IMG/VR virus record: IMGVR_UViG_3300029258_003681
Length of the DNA: 64,000 nucleotides
Direction: 5' to 3' (one strand)
Source: a virus
Made by a program: the position numbers and the translations under genes. Position 1 is the first letter of the stretch, and each line of letters begins with the position of its first letter. Of this stretch, positions 36,241 to 46,398 are shown piece after piece. The notes under the pieces were generated by a model that was given only the letters and a program-made list of their open reading frames with translations, searched no databases and was not told the DNA's origin.

Positions 36241-38934
36241 ATGGCATGGCGTGACTGGATAAAGACATATCTGAAACGCGACAAAGAGACCAAGGTCGCG
36301 GATGAATCTCGTGGCGTCTCTATCGGTACCCCACCGACGACGGCGGCGGGTGCCTCGATGGAGACGCATGGGAGCGGCTCTTCGATCCTGGGCGAGATGC
36401 TCGCGGTCGACACCGATCTTATGCGGCGGTACGCGGATTACGAAAACATGGACGACTACGCGGAGACGTGCCTCGGTGCGGATTCGCTTGTTTTCACTGT
36501 TGAGCGTGGGTGGGTGCGGATTCAAGAGTTGGCTGAATCGCGGGAAGATTTCCATGTTTTGGCCTACGATCGAGAACTCAGATCTTTGGTGCCTGCCAGG
36601 GGGTGTGACGCGAGGATGACGGGGAGACGTGGGCATTCTAAGCCCATGGTGCGTGTAGTTCTTGATGATGGCAGGGAAGTGCGTTGCACAGCAGACCATC
36701 TTTTCATGAGGAAGGATGGGTCCTGGGTGAAAGCTGCTGACTTATTGTGTGGGGATCGCTTGATGCCAGGGGTTGTGCGGATGCGGAGTTTAAATTCTGC
36801 TGAGAATCAACCGTACTGGCAAGTGCATCAGCCTCATTCGGATTCTCAGATTGAGGGGAGGCGCCAGGATCGCCAGCAGAGGTGGGTGTGGGTACATCGT
36901 CTTGTGGTCGAGTATATTAATGGGGATATTGACGCTCCTCATGTTCATCACAAAGATGGAAACCCGCTCAACAATGCGCCAGGTAATCTTGAGGGCTTGA
37001 GTTTGTCGGAGCATGCCCATCGTCATATTGCGGGGATTGACAACAGTGAGCATTTTCCTGAGTGGACTGATGATCGTAGGGCAGAAATGGCTCTCCGTAT
37101 GCAGGGGAATGCGTATAGGCGTGGGGCTGTAATGAGCGACCATGCTCGCCGCAAAATATCAGATGCACATACTGGGCGGTCCAAGAGCGAGGAGTGGAAA
37201 AAGAGGATCGGTTTGGCGCAACCGAACCGTATCGATTTGAGACAAAAAGATGTAGAGGCCGCTCTTGAGTCTGGTGGAAGCGTGGCTGGTGCTGCGAGGA
37301 TTCTTGGGGTTTCTTGGAGCAAGGCGAAGCGCGCAGCTGTCGAATATGATTTGCTGGCTGATGGGGGGAATCATCGTGTGATGTCGGTGGAGCGTGTTGC
37401 TGGTGGCGAGCCGGTTTATGATCTTACCGTTCCAGGTTATTCGAATTTCGTGTGTAATGGAGTCGTGGTCCACAATTCGGCGGCTCTGGATATTTACGCG
37501 GACGACGCCACGATTCCCGACAGTGTTCATGGTAAGACGATCTGGGGGACATCTCGTGATCGTGTGATTCGTGACATCATCGACGATTGCCTCCATCGGC
37601 GTTTGCGTCTTGAGGAAGATATCTGGGTTGCGGTGCGTACGCTGTGCAAGTACGGCAACTGCTTCGCTGAGATTCTTGTTAATGAGATTGGTGTAGTTGG
37701 TCTGAATTGGCTCCCTGTTCCTACGATGCGTCGTATTGTGGACGAGAAGGGGGCTTTGATTGGTTTTGTGCAGGATACCACGGGCACATTTGGGTTTGAT
37801 TATAAAGCCGTGGTTGCCGCGATGAAGAAGAGCCGCCTCCCTGACGTTGAGGAAGAGGGTGGCAAGAATAAGCTCATCTTTTTCCGATCCTGGGAGGTTG
37901 TGCATTGGCGCCTCCGTTCGAAGATGATGCGGGCGCAGTATGGCTACAGCGTGTTGGATTCAGCGCGGTGGGTTTGGAAGCGCTTGCAGATGATGGAAGA
38001 CACTGCGTTGGTTCAGAAGCTTACGCGGGCGCCTGGGCGATACGCATTTTATGTTGACACAGGAGATCTTCCGCCGAGGGAAGCGATGGCGCTGGTCAAG
38101 AAGGTGAAGCGCGCCTACAAGAAGAAGAAATTCGTTGATCCTGCGACGGGTCAGCTTGATTTCAAATACAATCCGCTGTCGCCCCACGAGGATTTCTTTA
38201 TTCCTACGCGGGGTGGCAAAGAGAGCACGCGGATTGATGTTGTGTCTGGGCCTGATGTCCAGATGATGGACGATGTCGAGTACTTCCTGCGTAAATTGAT
38301 TGCGGCCATCAAGATTCCTCGGAGCTATCTGGGGCTGGGTGAGGCAGCCGAGGAGACTTCGAAGTCATTGGCCGAGGCTGACGTTCGATTCGCGCGCGCG
38401 TGCATGCGTATTCAGCGCGAATTCATCATGGGCGTACGGAAGATAATCCGTCTGCATATGGCGGCGCTGAACATTGATCCCGACTCGGTTGATTGGAAGA
38501 TCAAGATGTCTGTGCCGAGTGCGATCTTTGAGATGCAGCAGGTTGAGCTGATGAATGCTCAGGCTGCGCTGGCGTCGTCCATGGCCGAATGGGCGAGCAA
38601 GCCGTGGATCTTGCAGCACATCTTCCATTTCACCGAGGACGACTCGGCATTTATATGGCGTGAGAAGACTGAAGAAAACGACGAGACGGCGAAGAAGGAT
38701 GCGGGTACCCAGGCGGACATTATGCGGATGTATCCTGAATTGCAGGAGTTGCCTCCTGTGGGTGATGAGGGTGCTGTTGCCGAGTCGCAGATGGGTGCTG
38801 AGTTGATTGGTTTGAAGAAGGTGCTTCAAGAAACTAGTCAAACGTCTTCCGAAGTGGTAAAAAGATTCGAGAAGCTTGAGTCCCGAATGGTTAAATTGGA
38901 AAAAACCGCAAGGAGACGAGCTGTCTCGGGATAG
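36241..38934 (+). CDS. Portal protein (T4 gp20-like) containing an intein
   Basis: AALDIYADDAT, YGYSVLDSARWVWK.LQMMEDTALVQKLTRAPGRYAFYVDTG, EDFFIP.RGG, DDVEYFLRKL. Confidence 0.9.
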   Translation: MAWRDWIKTYLKRDKETKVADESRGVSIGTPPTTAAGASMETHGSGSSILGEMLAVDTDLMRRYADYENMDDYAETCLGADSLVFTVERGWVRIQELAESREDFHVLAYDRELRSLVPARGCDARMTGRRGHSKPMVRVVLDDGREVRCTADHLFMRKDGSWVKAADLLCGDRLMPGVVRMRSLNSAENQPYWQVHQPHSDSQIEGRRQDRQQRWVWVHRLVVEYINGDIDAPHVHHKDGNPLNNAPGNLEGLSLSEHAHRHIAGIDNSEHFPEWTDDRRAEMALRMQGNAYRRGAVMSDHARRKISDAHTGRSKSEEWKKRIGLAQPNRIDLRQKDVEAALESGGSVAGAARILGVSWSKAKRAAVEYDLLADGGNHRVMSVERVAGGEPVYDLTVPGYSNFVCNGVVVHNSAALDIYADDATIPDSVHGKTIWGTSRDRVIRDIIDDCLHRRLRLEEDIWVAVRTLCKYGNCFAEILVNEIGVVGLNWLPVPTMRRIVDEKGALIGFVQDTTGTFGFDYKAVVAAMKKSRLPDVEEEGGKNKLIFFRSWEVVHWRLRSKMMRAQYGYSVLDSARWVWKRLQMMEDTALVQKLTRAPGRYAFYVDTGDLPPREAMALVKKVKRAYKKKKFVDPATGQLDFKYNPLSPHEDFFIPTRGGKESTRIDVVSGPDVQMMDDVEYFLRKLIAAIKIPRSYLGLGEAAEETSKSLAEADVRFARACMRIQREFIMGVRKIIRLHMAALNIDPDSVDWKIKMSVPSAIFEMQQVELMNAQAALASSMAEWASKPWILQHIFHFTEDDSAFIWREKTEENDETAKKDAGTQADIMRMYPELQELPPVGDEGAVAESQMGAELIGLKKVLQETSQTSSEVVKRFEKLESRMVKLEKTARRRAVSG
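36469..37476 (+). mobile_element. Class 1 intein (336 aa) with HNH homing endonuclease
   Basis: T|CLGADS...CTADHLF (TxxH)...VYDLTV..YSNFVCNGVVVHN|S; central VHRLV...VHHKDGNPLNN..GNL. Confidence 0.92.
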
Positions 38935-38943
38935 GGGTCGATT

Positions 38944-39801
38944 ATGTATGTCCAGGGTTCTGTGATTGACAAAAAGTTCAAAGGCAGTCTGGAGCATCAG
39001 GCGCTTTTGGTAAAAGAGGCGATCCTTGAGCATTTTGGCGATTCGCCTGTGCGGATTCTCGCTACTCATCCCAAGCATGCGTACGCGGTGGACGCGGACG
39101 GTCAGATGCTGAAGGTGACCTACAAGACTGAGAAGGGTGTTGTTGGCGAGGTCAAGGCCAAACCGACGAAGGAAATCCCTGTCATTGAAGATGAGGATAT
39201 TCCTCGTTTTGTTGCAGGGCAGTTGCATGCGATGACCGAGGCTGCTCTCAAAGGCAAGGATGTGCCGCGAACTCAAGTTCGCGAGGTGACCCAGCTCTTG
39301 ACCAGGGACGAGGACTATTGGACGTCGGATATTCTGGAAAAGATCAACGAGGCTGTGGATGCGGCCGAGTGGTTTGGGATGTACGAGGCTAACCAGGAGC
39401 AGATTCGTACCACGTTGTACGGAAAAATCCGCGAGATTGAGAGCCCTTTCCCCACCACTAAATTTGCGAAAATTGCACCATCTAAGCTGTCGAAATTCGA
39501 AGATGAGTTGCGTGAAGCGTTGAATCTCGTTGCCAACTTGGTAACAGAGATGGTTGACGAATGCTCTCAGATGGTGTTTGATCAGGATCAGGATGAATTT
39601 TTCTGTGCTATCTGTGAATCGTTGAAAGTTGAAGCGCAAGCCATAGGTGGTTTGCTCGGCAAGGCCGAAAAGTTGATGCGACCCATGGATATTGGGCGCA
39701 TGGCGGAAGCACATGATAGGCTTGCTGAACGAGCAAAAACCATGGCTGTTGTGACCGCGTACATGAGAACCCGATCGCAACCCAACGACAACGAGGAGTA
39801 G
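38944..39801 (+). CDS. Head-module hypothetical protein
   Basis: Lies between portal and protease; helical and acidic. Confidence 0.7.
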   Translation: MYVQGSVIDKKFKGSLEHQALLVKEAILEHFGDSPVRILATHPKHAYAVDADGQMLKVTYKTEKGVVGEVKAKPTKEIPVIEDEDIPRFVAGQLHAMTEAALKGKDVPRTQVREVTQLLTRDEDYWTSDILEKINEAVDAAEWFGMYEANQEQIRTTLYGKIREIESPFPTTKFAKIAPSKLSKFEDELREALNLVANLVTEMVDECSQMVFDQDQDEFFCAICESLKVEAQAIGGLLGKAEKLMRPMDIGRMAEAHDRLAERAKTMAVVTAYMRTRSQPNDNEE

Positions 39802-39805
39802 AAAA

Positions 39806-40819
39806 ATGGGAAAACGAGCAATCCACACTTCTCTCGAAGAGGATCTTCAGAATCTTGGACTGCCAAGTTTCAACATGGCCGAGCAGGCTGCGTTGGGTGG
39901 CGTTCCTCTGACCGAGGAGAAGGACAAAGATGGTAGTGTCGCCGAGGGTGACGACGATCCCACATGCCCGAAGTGCAAAGCCAAGATGGAAGAGGGCAAA
40001 TGCACGAAGTGCGATCATGTAATGGAGTCCAAGGACGAAGATGTCGATAGCACCAATGCCGAGGATTCCGAAGGTGATGATCCCCTGGAGGGCGAGGTCG
40101 TCAACGAGGAGTTGTTCTCTGCGATTATGGAGCTGCCGTTCGAGGGGCTTCAGGCCGAGGATATCGAGGAGATTCTAGAGAAGCTTGCGGAGAAAAAGCT
40201 TCCCGAGGATTCCTCTGAAGAACTCAAAGAGCGTGCCAATGAGGTCGTGGACTTCCTGCTGGCCGAGGTTGCCGCGAAAGTCACGCGCCGACACAAGGCA
40301 GGCAAGATGAGCGCGAAGAAGTCCTTCCAGTGTCCTCCTGGAACACGGCGTGTTGGTAAGACCCGCAAGTGTGAAAAAGCTGCGAAGGTTGCCGGTGGCA
40401 AAGGCAAGCTTATGAAGGAGAAGCGCAAGAAAGTCAGATGGGGCAAGAGTGGCCTGGGTGCGAAATCCCAGCGCAAGTCTGCCCGCATAGCGAAGCGTCG
40501 AGAAGATGTCGATTCTCCATTCGCGATGGAGCTGGCTGGGTTGCTGGAAGACAACCAGACGGAGGCGATCACGGTACGTGACGATCTCCTTGATCGTGTC
40601 GGCAACATCATGGAAATGCTCGCTGAGGAATTCGCAGATGAGGCTGTGACGCGGGTTCTGGAAGAGGCTTACGAGCCGATCGCGGCATCCTGGGATGCGG
40701 GGCGTCTGGACGAGGACGTCATGGACGAGGACGAGTTTATTGCTGAAATCAAGCCGGTTCTTACCCTGATCCACAAGTCGCTGGAAAAAATCGGGGCTGA
40801 GGAAGAACTGGGAAACTGA
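39806..40819 (+). CDS. Probable prohead core/scaffold protein
   Basis: Acidic with an internal highly basic block; ends CTG GGA AAC TGA. Confidence 0.65.
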   Translation: MGKRAIHTSLEEDLQNLGLPSFNMAEQAALGGVPLTEEKDKDGSVAEGDDDPTCPKCKAKMEEGKCTKCDHVMESKDEDVDSTNAEDSEGDDPLEGEVVNEELFSAIMELPFEGLQAEDIEEILEKLAEKKLPEDSSEELKERANEVVDFLLAEVAAKVTRRHKAGKMSAKKSFQCPPGTRRVGKTRKCEKAAKVAGGKGKLMKEKRKKVRWGKSGLGAKSQRKSARIAKRREDVDSPFAMELAGLLEDNQTEAITVRDDLLDRVGNIMEMLAEEFADEAVTRVLEEAYEPIAASWDAGRLDEDVMDEDEFIAEIKPVLTLIHKSLEKIGAEEELGN

Positions 40820-41037
40820 CGAGCCGCCTCGGCGAGGCGAAATGGCGACGCCGTTTAGGGACATCGTCGGGGCGCAAGGAGCTGGTAGGGTTTGAGTCGC
40901 TCAAAAAAGCTGCTCGGGGTGATGGGAAAAAGACGGATAGACGAGTCTCCCCTGAAGCCAAGAGGAAACTCGACAGGAACCCACTTGCACGAACATCGTT
41001 CCGGCGGTGGCGTGGAAAAACTGGCAAGAGAGGGTGA
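40810..41037 (+). other. Candidate -1 frameshift site and extension frame
   Basis: G_GGA_AAC heptamer at 40810..40816, hairpin CGCCTC-GGC-GAGGCG 8 nt downstream, -1 frame open to TGA at 41035 with no ATG/GTG. Confidence 0.7.
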
Positions 41038-41041
41038 TGAA

Positions 41042-42661
41042 ATGCCGAATTTGCTGATTGAATCAAGTCCCGTCCATCTTACGCTGACAGAAGGCGCGGG
41101 TGGAAAAACGATAGCTCGTGGCGAGTTCGGGCGTGTTGGCGTGCCGACTCAGAATGGGCGTATTTATCCCGAAGAGTTGATGATGCGCGAGATCAAGAGG
41201 CTCTCGGAAGATATTAGCAAGCGCAGAATCCTGGGGGAGCTGGACCATCCGACCGATGGTAAGACTTCTCTGAAGCGCGTCTCCCATGTGATCACTGGGC
41301 TCAAAATCAAGGACGGTATTGTCGTTGGGGAGGCTGAGATTCTCAACACGCCCGAGGGTAAAACCTTGAAGGCGCTGATCGAGGCGAACGTACAGATCGG
41401 AATCTCCTCACGGGGATTTGGGTCTACGCGGCCATCGGAGGATCCGAAGATTGAGGGCGAAGTCGTACAGGGTGATTTCGTCTTGAAGACCTGGGACTTT
41501 GTTGCGGACCCCGCGATGAAGACTGCGGTGCCTGGCATTTTCACTGAGGATGTCGATGAGAATCAGCCCGACGTGGCCCAGCTGTTCCTGGACGAGTTTC
41601 CTGAGATTGCTGCTTCCTTGCAGGAAGATGCGGTTACCAAGGCGAAGCTCAAGGTCAACAAGGGTGTCGATGAGGCGGTTGCCGAGGCCGAGTCCCGCGT
41701 GCGCGAGGAGATGACTGAGGCGTTTGAGAAGAAGTTCGCTGGTGCTTTGCTAGAGACGAAGGAGACGATTGCCGAGGAGCTGCGCGAGGAGTTTGCGGCT
41801 GATCCTGACATTGGGGGTGCGAAGGCGGTGCTGGCTGCTGTGTGGGATATGGTTGCACCGTTTCAGGCGACGCCAGATGAGAAGGCAGCGTCTGACGCGG
41901 TCAAGGCCAGGGAGCTGGAGGTTTCCGAGGCCAAAGAGTCGGCCAGGGAGAGCGAGGAGCGTGCGGTCCGTGCTGAGTGTATGGAGTACATTGAGCGCGA
42001 GATCGGTGGTCATCCGATGGCTGAGTCGATTCGTAAATTGGTGTCAAAGCAGCAGTTTGCTGGCCTGGATGATGCCAAAGAGAAGCTCGCTGCGATTCTT
42101 GCGGATCTCCCCGAGCGGACGGACGAAGGAATGGTCTCCGAGGAGGAGGCCGAACTGAGAGAAGAAAACGCAGCAATGCGTGAAAAGGTGTCCCTCCTTA
42201 CGGAGAGGGTAGAAAAGCTGGATGCGAAACTGAAGAAAGCTGTAGAGGTAGGAATGGAGGCAGATTCTCAGCGACAGGATGCTGAGAGCCGCGTGGAAGA
42301 GGCCGAAAAAGAGAGAGACAACGCCCTGGAAGAAGCGACAAATGCAGAGGCGAAGCTCGAACTTGAGGTCTACAAACACGATAAGGTTGTGGGATTGTCA
42401 AATGGTAGAGAGTTGCTTGGTCTCATGGAGGATATAACTTCACGGGCCGCAGTTGACAGGTTGGTGACGAAGGATGGAGTCAAGGATGTCTCTGAGCGGC
42501 GACTCGCGGATGCGCGTAAGAGTTTACAGCGTGGCGTGGGCGAGCGGCAGGAGAAAGAACAGCTGAATGAGGGTGTCAGAGCTTCGAGGAGTCCCAAAAA
42601 GGATGATCTCGGGAATGACATGGGTCTCATGAAGCGATTGGCGGGTGTCTCATTAGAGTAG
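41042..42661 (+). CDS. Prohead protease (T4 gp21-like) fused to coiled-coil scaffold region
   Basis: NGRIYP, LGELDHP, VSHVIT, LNTPEGK, GISSRGFGS, WDFVADP. Confidence 0.9.
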   Translation: MPNLLIESSPVHLTLTEGAGGKTIARGEFGRVGVPTQNGRIYPEELMMREIKRLSEDISKRRILGELDHPTDGKTSLKRVSHVITGLKIKDGIVVGEAEILNTPEGKTLKALIEANVQIGISSRGFGSTRPSEDPKIEGEVVQGDFVLKTWDFVADPAMKTAVPGIFTEDVDENQPDVAQLFLDEFPEIAASLQEDAVTKAKLKVNKGVDEAVAEAESRVREEMTEAFEKKFAGALLETKETIAEELREEFAADPDIGGAKAVLAAVWDMVAPFQATPDEKAASDAVKARELEVSEAKESARESEERAVRAECMEYIEREIGGHPMAESIRKLVSKQQFAGLDDAKEKLAAILADLPERTDEGMVSEEEAELREENAAMREKVSLLTERVEKLDAKLKKAVEVGMEADSQRQDAESRVEEAEKERDNALEEATNAEAKLELEVYKHDKVVGLSNGRELLGLMEDITSRAAVDRLVTKDGVKDVSERRLADARKSLQRGVGERQEKEQLNEGVRASRSPKKDDLGNDMGLMKRLAGVSLE

Positions 42662-42690
42662 GCCGTCACAACCACGACTGAGGAGAAAAA

Positions 42691-44325
42691 ATGGGCAACG
42701 AAAGTACAGAAGCCAGGGCTCTCTTGGAGCAAGCTGGTCCGAAGACAATCCACGACAATAGCTATGCCAGCGCTTGTGTGAGCAAGTGGGGCGAGTTACT
42801 GGAAGGTATTCCTGTAGAGCATGATCGTGGCTACACCAAAAAAGCAACGGCGATTCTTCTGGAAAACGAGATGGAGCACATCAAGTCTTTCCATGAGGAT
42901 ACTCTGAGCACCAATGCGGGTTCGTTCACGAAGTACATCTTCCCGATCCTGCGGAGGGTGTTCCCGAACCTGATCGCCAACCAACTCGTCTCGGTTCAGC
43001 CGATGACGGCGCCGGTAGGAGGCATCTTCTACTACGAGAAAAAGTACGATGATCGCAAGGGTACGAAACTACCCCAGTCCGCGATCACCAACACCCCGAC
43101 AGACGCGAACTACGACGGTGAGCTGGACGCTGGTGACAACATCAACCAGAACTTCGCCAAGTACTACAGCTCGGAGTTCATCGACTACGACGCGATCTGC
43201 ACGGACACGGGTGTAGCGACTTCTGGTGCGATCACGAACGCGTCGGCCAATTCTCGCGTTCCCGAGTGGAGCCCAATTCGCGCGCCTGCGACTGCTGGTC
43301 AGCGCACTTTCTACGTGCGTGTGTACTACCGCATGTTGGACGCTGACGCTGCGAGCGCCCCGACCGAGGTCATGGCCGAGCTGGACCCGACTGGTGCCAC
43401 TACCAACCTGGTCGACAACACGGCGAACACCAACACCGTCGGGACCTTCAACGTGACCACAGGTGCATGGTCGGTTAATGCGGCTGGTTCCGCTGGTACC
43501 AACAGCCCCTTCGCCAACAACACAGTCATCTATGTCCAGTACTTCGTGAACTGGGAGCTGGTGGGTTACACCACGGGTGCCGAGATCCCGAGCATCAGCC
43601 TGGACATCGCCCTTCACACCGTGCAGGCCGAGAGCCGCAAGCTCAAGGCTCGCTGGACGGTAGAAGCGGTCGATGATCTCCGTGCGCTCCATGGCATGGA
43701 TGCCGAGGCCGAGCTGGTCAGCACCTTCTCGAACGAGGTGATGCTGGAAGTGGATCGTGAGATTATCGGTGATCTCATCAACGGTGCGGGGCATTCGATT
43801 CCTTACGCCTACGCCCCAGGCATCCCTGGTGAGCTGGAGAGCATCCGTCGGCTGATCACCCAGATCAGCGCGATGTCGGCTGAGATTCACAGGACTTCTG
43901 GCAGGGCTCCTGCCAACTTCCTGGTTGTGCCTCCAGGCATCGGTGGGCTCCTCGACCAGCTGTCGACTCACGGCGACTACGCCTCGATCGAGCAGAACGT
44001 CCAGGCGACGAGCTACGGCCCTGTGACTGCCAACTACGGCATCGCAAGGATCGGTACGCTGCTCCGCAAGTACGCGGTCTACCAAGATCCGTACATGCCC
44101 TCCACGCAGATTCTGGTGGGCCTCAAGGGGAACAGCTTCATCGATGCGGGCTATGTGTATGCGCCATATGTGCCGCTGCAAGTCACCCCGACTTTCCTCG
44201 ATCCCAACGACTTCACGTTCCGCAAGGGCGTGAGGACTCGGTACGCGACACGCATGCTGCGTCCCGAGTACTATGGCGTTATCAACGTCACTGGTCTGCC
44301 CGTAGTCACTACGTCCTTGCCATAG
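42691..44325 (+). CDS. Major capsid protein (T4 gp23-like)
   Basis: RRVFPNLIANQLVSVQPMTAP, SRKLKARWT.EA..DLRALHG.DAEAEL, EVDREII, AGYVYAPYVPL, TRYA; strong C-ending codon bias. Confidence 0.95.
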   Translation: MGNESTEARALLEQAGPKTIHDNSYASACVSKWGELLEGIPVEHDRGYTKKATAILLENEMEHIKSFHEDTLSTNAGSFTKYIFPILRRVFPNLIANQLVSVQPMTAPVGGIFYYEKKYDDRKGTKLPQSAITNTPTDANYDGELDAGDNINQNFAKYYSSEFIDYDAICTDTGVATSGAITNASANSRVPEWSPIRAPATAGQRTFYVRVYYRMLDADAASAPTEVMAELDPTGATTNLVDNTANTNTVGTFNVTTGAWSVNAAGSAGTNSPFANNTVIYVQYFVNWELVGYTTGAEIPSISLDIALHTVQAESRKLKARWTVEAVDDLRALHGMDAEAELVSTFSNEVMLEVDREIIGDLINGAGHSIPYAYAPGIPGELESIRRLITQISAMSAEIHRTSGRAPANFLVVPPGIGGLLDQLSTHGDYASIEQNVQATSYGPVTANYGIARIGTLLRKYAVYQDPYMPSTQILVGLKGNSFIDAGYVYAPYVPLQVTPTFLDPNDFTFRKGVRTRYATRMLRPEYYGVINVTGLPVVTTSLP

Positions 44326-44364
44326 GCAGGGTCTGAGCTACGGCGCAAATAGCGCGTGAACCCT

Positions 44365-44403
44365 GGGGCCGGGTCGGTATCCACCGGCTCGGCCCCTTTT
44401 TTT
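44365..44403 (+). terminator. Rho-independent terminator after capsid gene
   Basis: GGGGCCGGGTCGGT-ATCC-ACCGGCTCGGCCCC followed by T7. Confidence 0.85.
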
Positions 44404-44418
44404 GAAGGAGAATTTTTC

Positions 44419-44913
44419 ATGCCGAAGAAGCGATATATGTTGACAGGGCACCATGCTAAGCCTTGTACGCACAGTGGTTTTCGTGTTCTTGAGCGCCCTG
44501 GCAATCAGCCGAATGGGATAGAGGCTGTGCAGGTTCCGTTTGTTCCTGGCAAGATTACCTCTGTTGAAACCGACATAGACATGACGGTGTCCGTCGAGGC
44601 TGGTTTCATAGTCGAGATCAGAGAGGTGGCGCCAGAGGCCCCTGATGCCCCTACAGGCCCCGAAGAGACAGAGGCGACCAAGGATGCCCCTGACCCTCCC
44701 AAGGAGGACGACGCGCCCCCTGCGGACGACCAGAACTCGGAACCAGAGGGTGACGACGAACCCGAGGAAGAGGAAGAGGAAGAGGAGGAAGAAGCCTCAT
44801 ACGAAGAGTTGCCTGACGGTCGTTTCCAATGCTTGATTTGCAAGCTGAATGTTGAGGAGAAGATCCTCAAGACAGAGAAGGGGATGATCGATCATATCCA
44901 GGACAAGCATTAA
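44419..44913 (+). CDS. Acidic protein with C2H2-like Zn finger
   Basis: SD GAAGGAG; poly-Glu tract; CLIC...HIQDKH. Confidence 0.65.
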   Translation: MPKKRYMLTGHHAKPCTHSGFRVLERPGNQPNGIEAVQVPFVPGKITSVETDIDMTVSVEAGFIVEIREVAPEAPDAPTGPEETEATKDAPDPPKEDDAPPADDQNSEPEGDDEPEEEEEEEEEEASYEELPDGRFQCLICKLNVEEKILKTEKGMIDHIQDKH

Positions 44914-44934
44914 GTTGAAAATGTAGGAGGCATC

Positions 44935-45651
44935 ATGAGCCTGGAGTACGAGAAGAGATTGGACGATACGATCCCGCATGGGAAGTTTGGTGATGAGGAG
45001 GCTGTTGAGGTGCGTACCAAGATGGGCTCTGTTGTTACCACTGGGCGGGTGATGTCGGTCATGCCGTTCGGTCTGATCGTGCGCGACACGATTGGCGAGA
45101 CCAAGTTTTTCGCCGAGGGCTTGTATTTGTTTGCGTCCTTGGAGAGAGATCCCCCCACTGTTGTCAAGGATCAGCTGCATGACGTATCTTTGGATGCGAG
45201 AGTGCAGCGTAAGCTCTCTACGATGGGAGAGGCGGGGGATCCAACTCCATCTGAGACGGGTGCAAAGCCGATCGATCCGAAAGCTAAGGACGACGAGTAC
45301 AAGGACAAAGACGGCGAGAAGGACAAAAAAGGCGACGACTCTGACAAGAAAAAGAAGGACGAGAAGCCTGAGAAAAAGGATGACAAGAAGAAAAAGGATG
45401 CTGTTGCTGATCCTGAGTCGGCTATTGATACGGAGAAGCTGCCCGATGACATCAAGCAGGCGATCATTTCGACGAACGAGATGGACGAGGGGCAGCTGAA
45501 CGGGGTGTTGAGTGACATTTCTGATGCGGCTCTCAAGGCTTTGAAGCGGACTGGGATTGCTGAAGGTGAGATTTTTGGGCTGATACAGAAGATCAACGAT
45601 GCTTCTTTTGAGGTGCTCACGGGTAAGAAGCCCCAGAAGAAAGAGGGGTAG
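44935..45651 (+). CDS. Hypothetical protein with K/D/E-rich linker
   Basis: SD AGGAGG; DKDGEKDKKGDDSDKKKKDEK. Confidence 0.65.
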   Translation: MSLEYEKRLDDTIPHGKFGDEEAVEVRTKMGSVVTTGRVMSVMPFGLIVRDTIGETKFFAEGLYLFASLERDPPTVVKDQLHDVSLDARVQRKLSTMGEAGDPTPSETGAKPIDPKAKDDEYKDKDGEKDKKGDDSDKKKKDEKPEKKDDKKKKDAVADPESAIDTEKLPDDIKQAIISTNEMDEGQLNGVLSDISDAALKALKRTGIAEGEIFGLIQKINDASFEVLTGKKPQKKEG

Positions 45652-45654
45652 CGT

Positions 45655-46371
45655 GTGAGATTTACTGAGGCTCAAGTCAAGGAGTGGGTTTGCAGGCGCC
45701 TTGGTAAGGGCGTCGTAAAGGTGGAGTTGACCGATGATCAGGTTGACGATGCGATCAATGATGCCAAGGAATGGTGGCAGATGTGGGTGGGACAATGCAA
45801 GTCGGTGTTGTTCACGCTCACGGGTGGAACAGAATATCCAGAGGCGTTGATTGCTTCTGATATTGATTCCATTGTGGATGTTGTTTTCGAGATAGAATCA
45901 GCGAGTTTTGCGAACTTATTTAGCTGGGCGGATGTGGAAGTAAACCCCTACACCTGGATCTATGGGGGTGAGGGTGATTACTCCACGTTGGTGCAGTATA
46001 TGCAGTATCGGGAGATGGCGAAGCAGATCACGTCTTCAGACAAGGACTGGGATTGGGATCGTGCGAAGCGGTCGTTGATCATTACGCCGACCCCTGACGC
46101 GGGCGCGCGTGTACTGGTCACTTACATTTCAACCACGATGGTGGTGGATTACATGACCAATTATGAGATGCGGATATTCCGCAATTATGCGCTGGCCCAA
46201 GCCATGCGAACGTTGGGTATGATTCGGATGAAGTACGCGGAGAAGCCTTCGGCGATGGGTGGTTTCTCGATGGATGGTGATGCGGTCTGGGCGAATGCCG
46301 AGGCTATGGAGGCTGACGCGGAAGAGAAGGCGCGCCAGTTGCAGGCTCCAACTGGATTCTTTGCAGAATAG
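45655..46371 (+). CDS. Neck protein (T4 gp13-like)
   Basis: VKEWVCRRLG..VVKVELTDDQVDDAINDA; YALAQA...LG..R.KY...GG...DG. Confidence 0.8.
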   Translation: MRFTEAQVKEWVCRRLGKGVVKVELTDDQVDDAINDAKEWWQMWVGQCKSVLFTLTGGTEYPEALIASDIDSIVDVVFEIESASFANLFSWADVEVNPYTWIYGGEGDYSTLVQYMQYREMAKQITSSDKDWDWDRAKRSLIITPTPDAGARVLVTYISTTMVVDYMTNYEMRIFRNYALAQAMRTLGMIRMKYAEKPSAMGGFSMDGDAVWANAEAMEADAEEKARQLQAPTGFFAE

Positions 46372-46398
46372 CGAACTGGAGTTCGCGGGAGGATATTG

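Noticed and set aside
40892-41041. N-terminal extension of the protease from TTG at 40892
   Set aside because: ATG at 41042 has an SD-like AGAGGG and typical overlap, and the region is better explained by the -1 extension frame of the upstream gene.
38365-44181. Long minus-strand ORFs (487, 370 and 229 aa), and similarly 10778..12010 and 31231..32253
   Set aside because: They overlap well-supported + strand genes, lack motifs, and are expected from codon bias.
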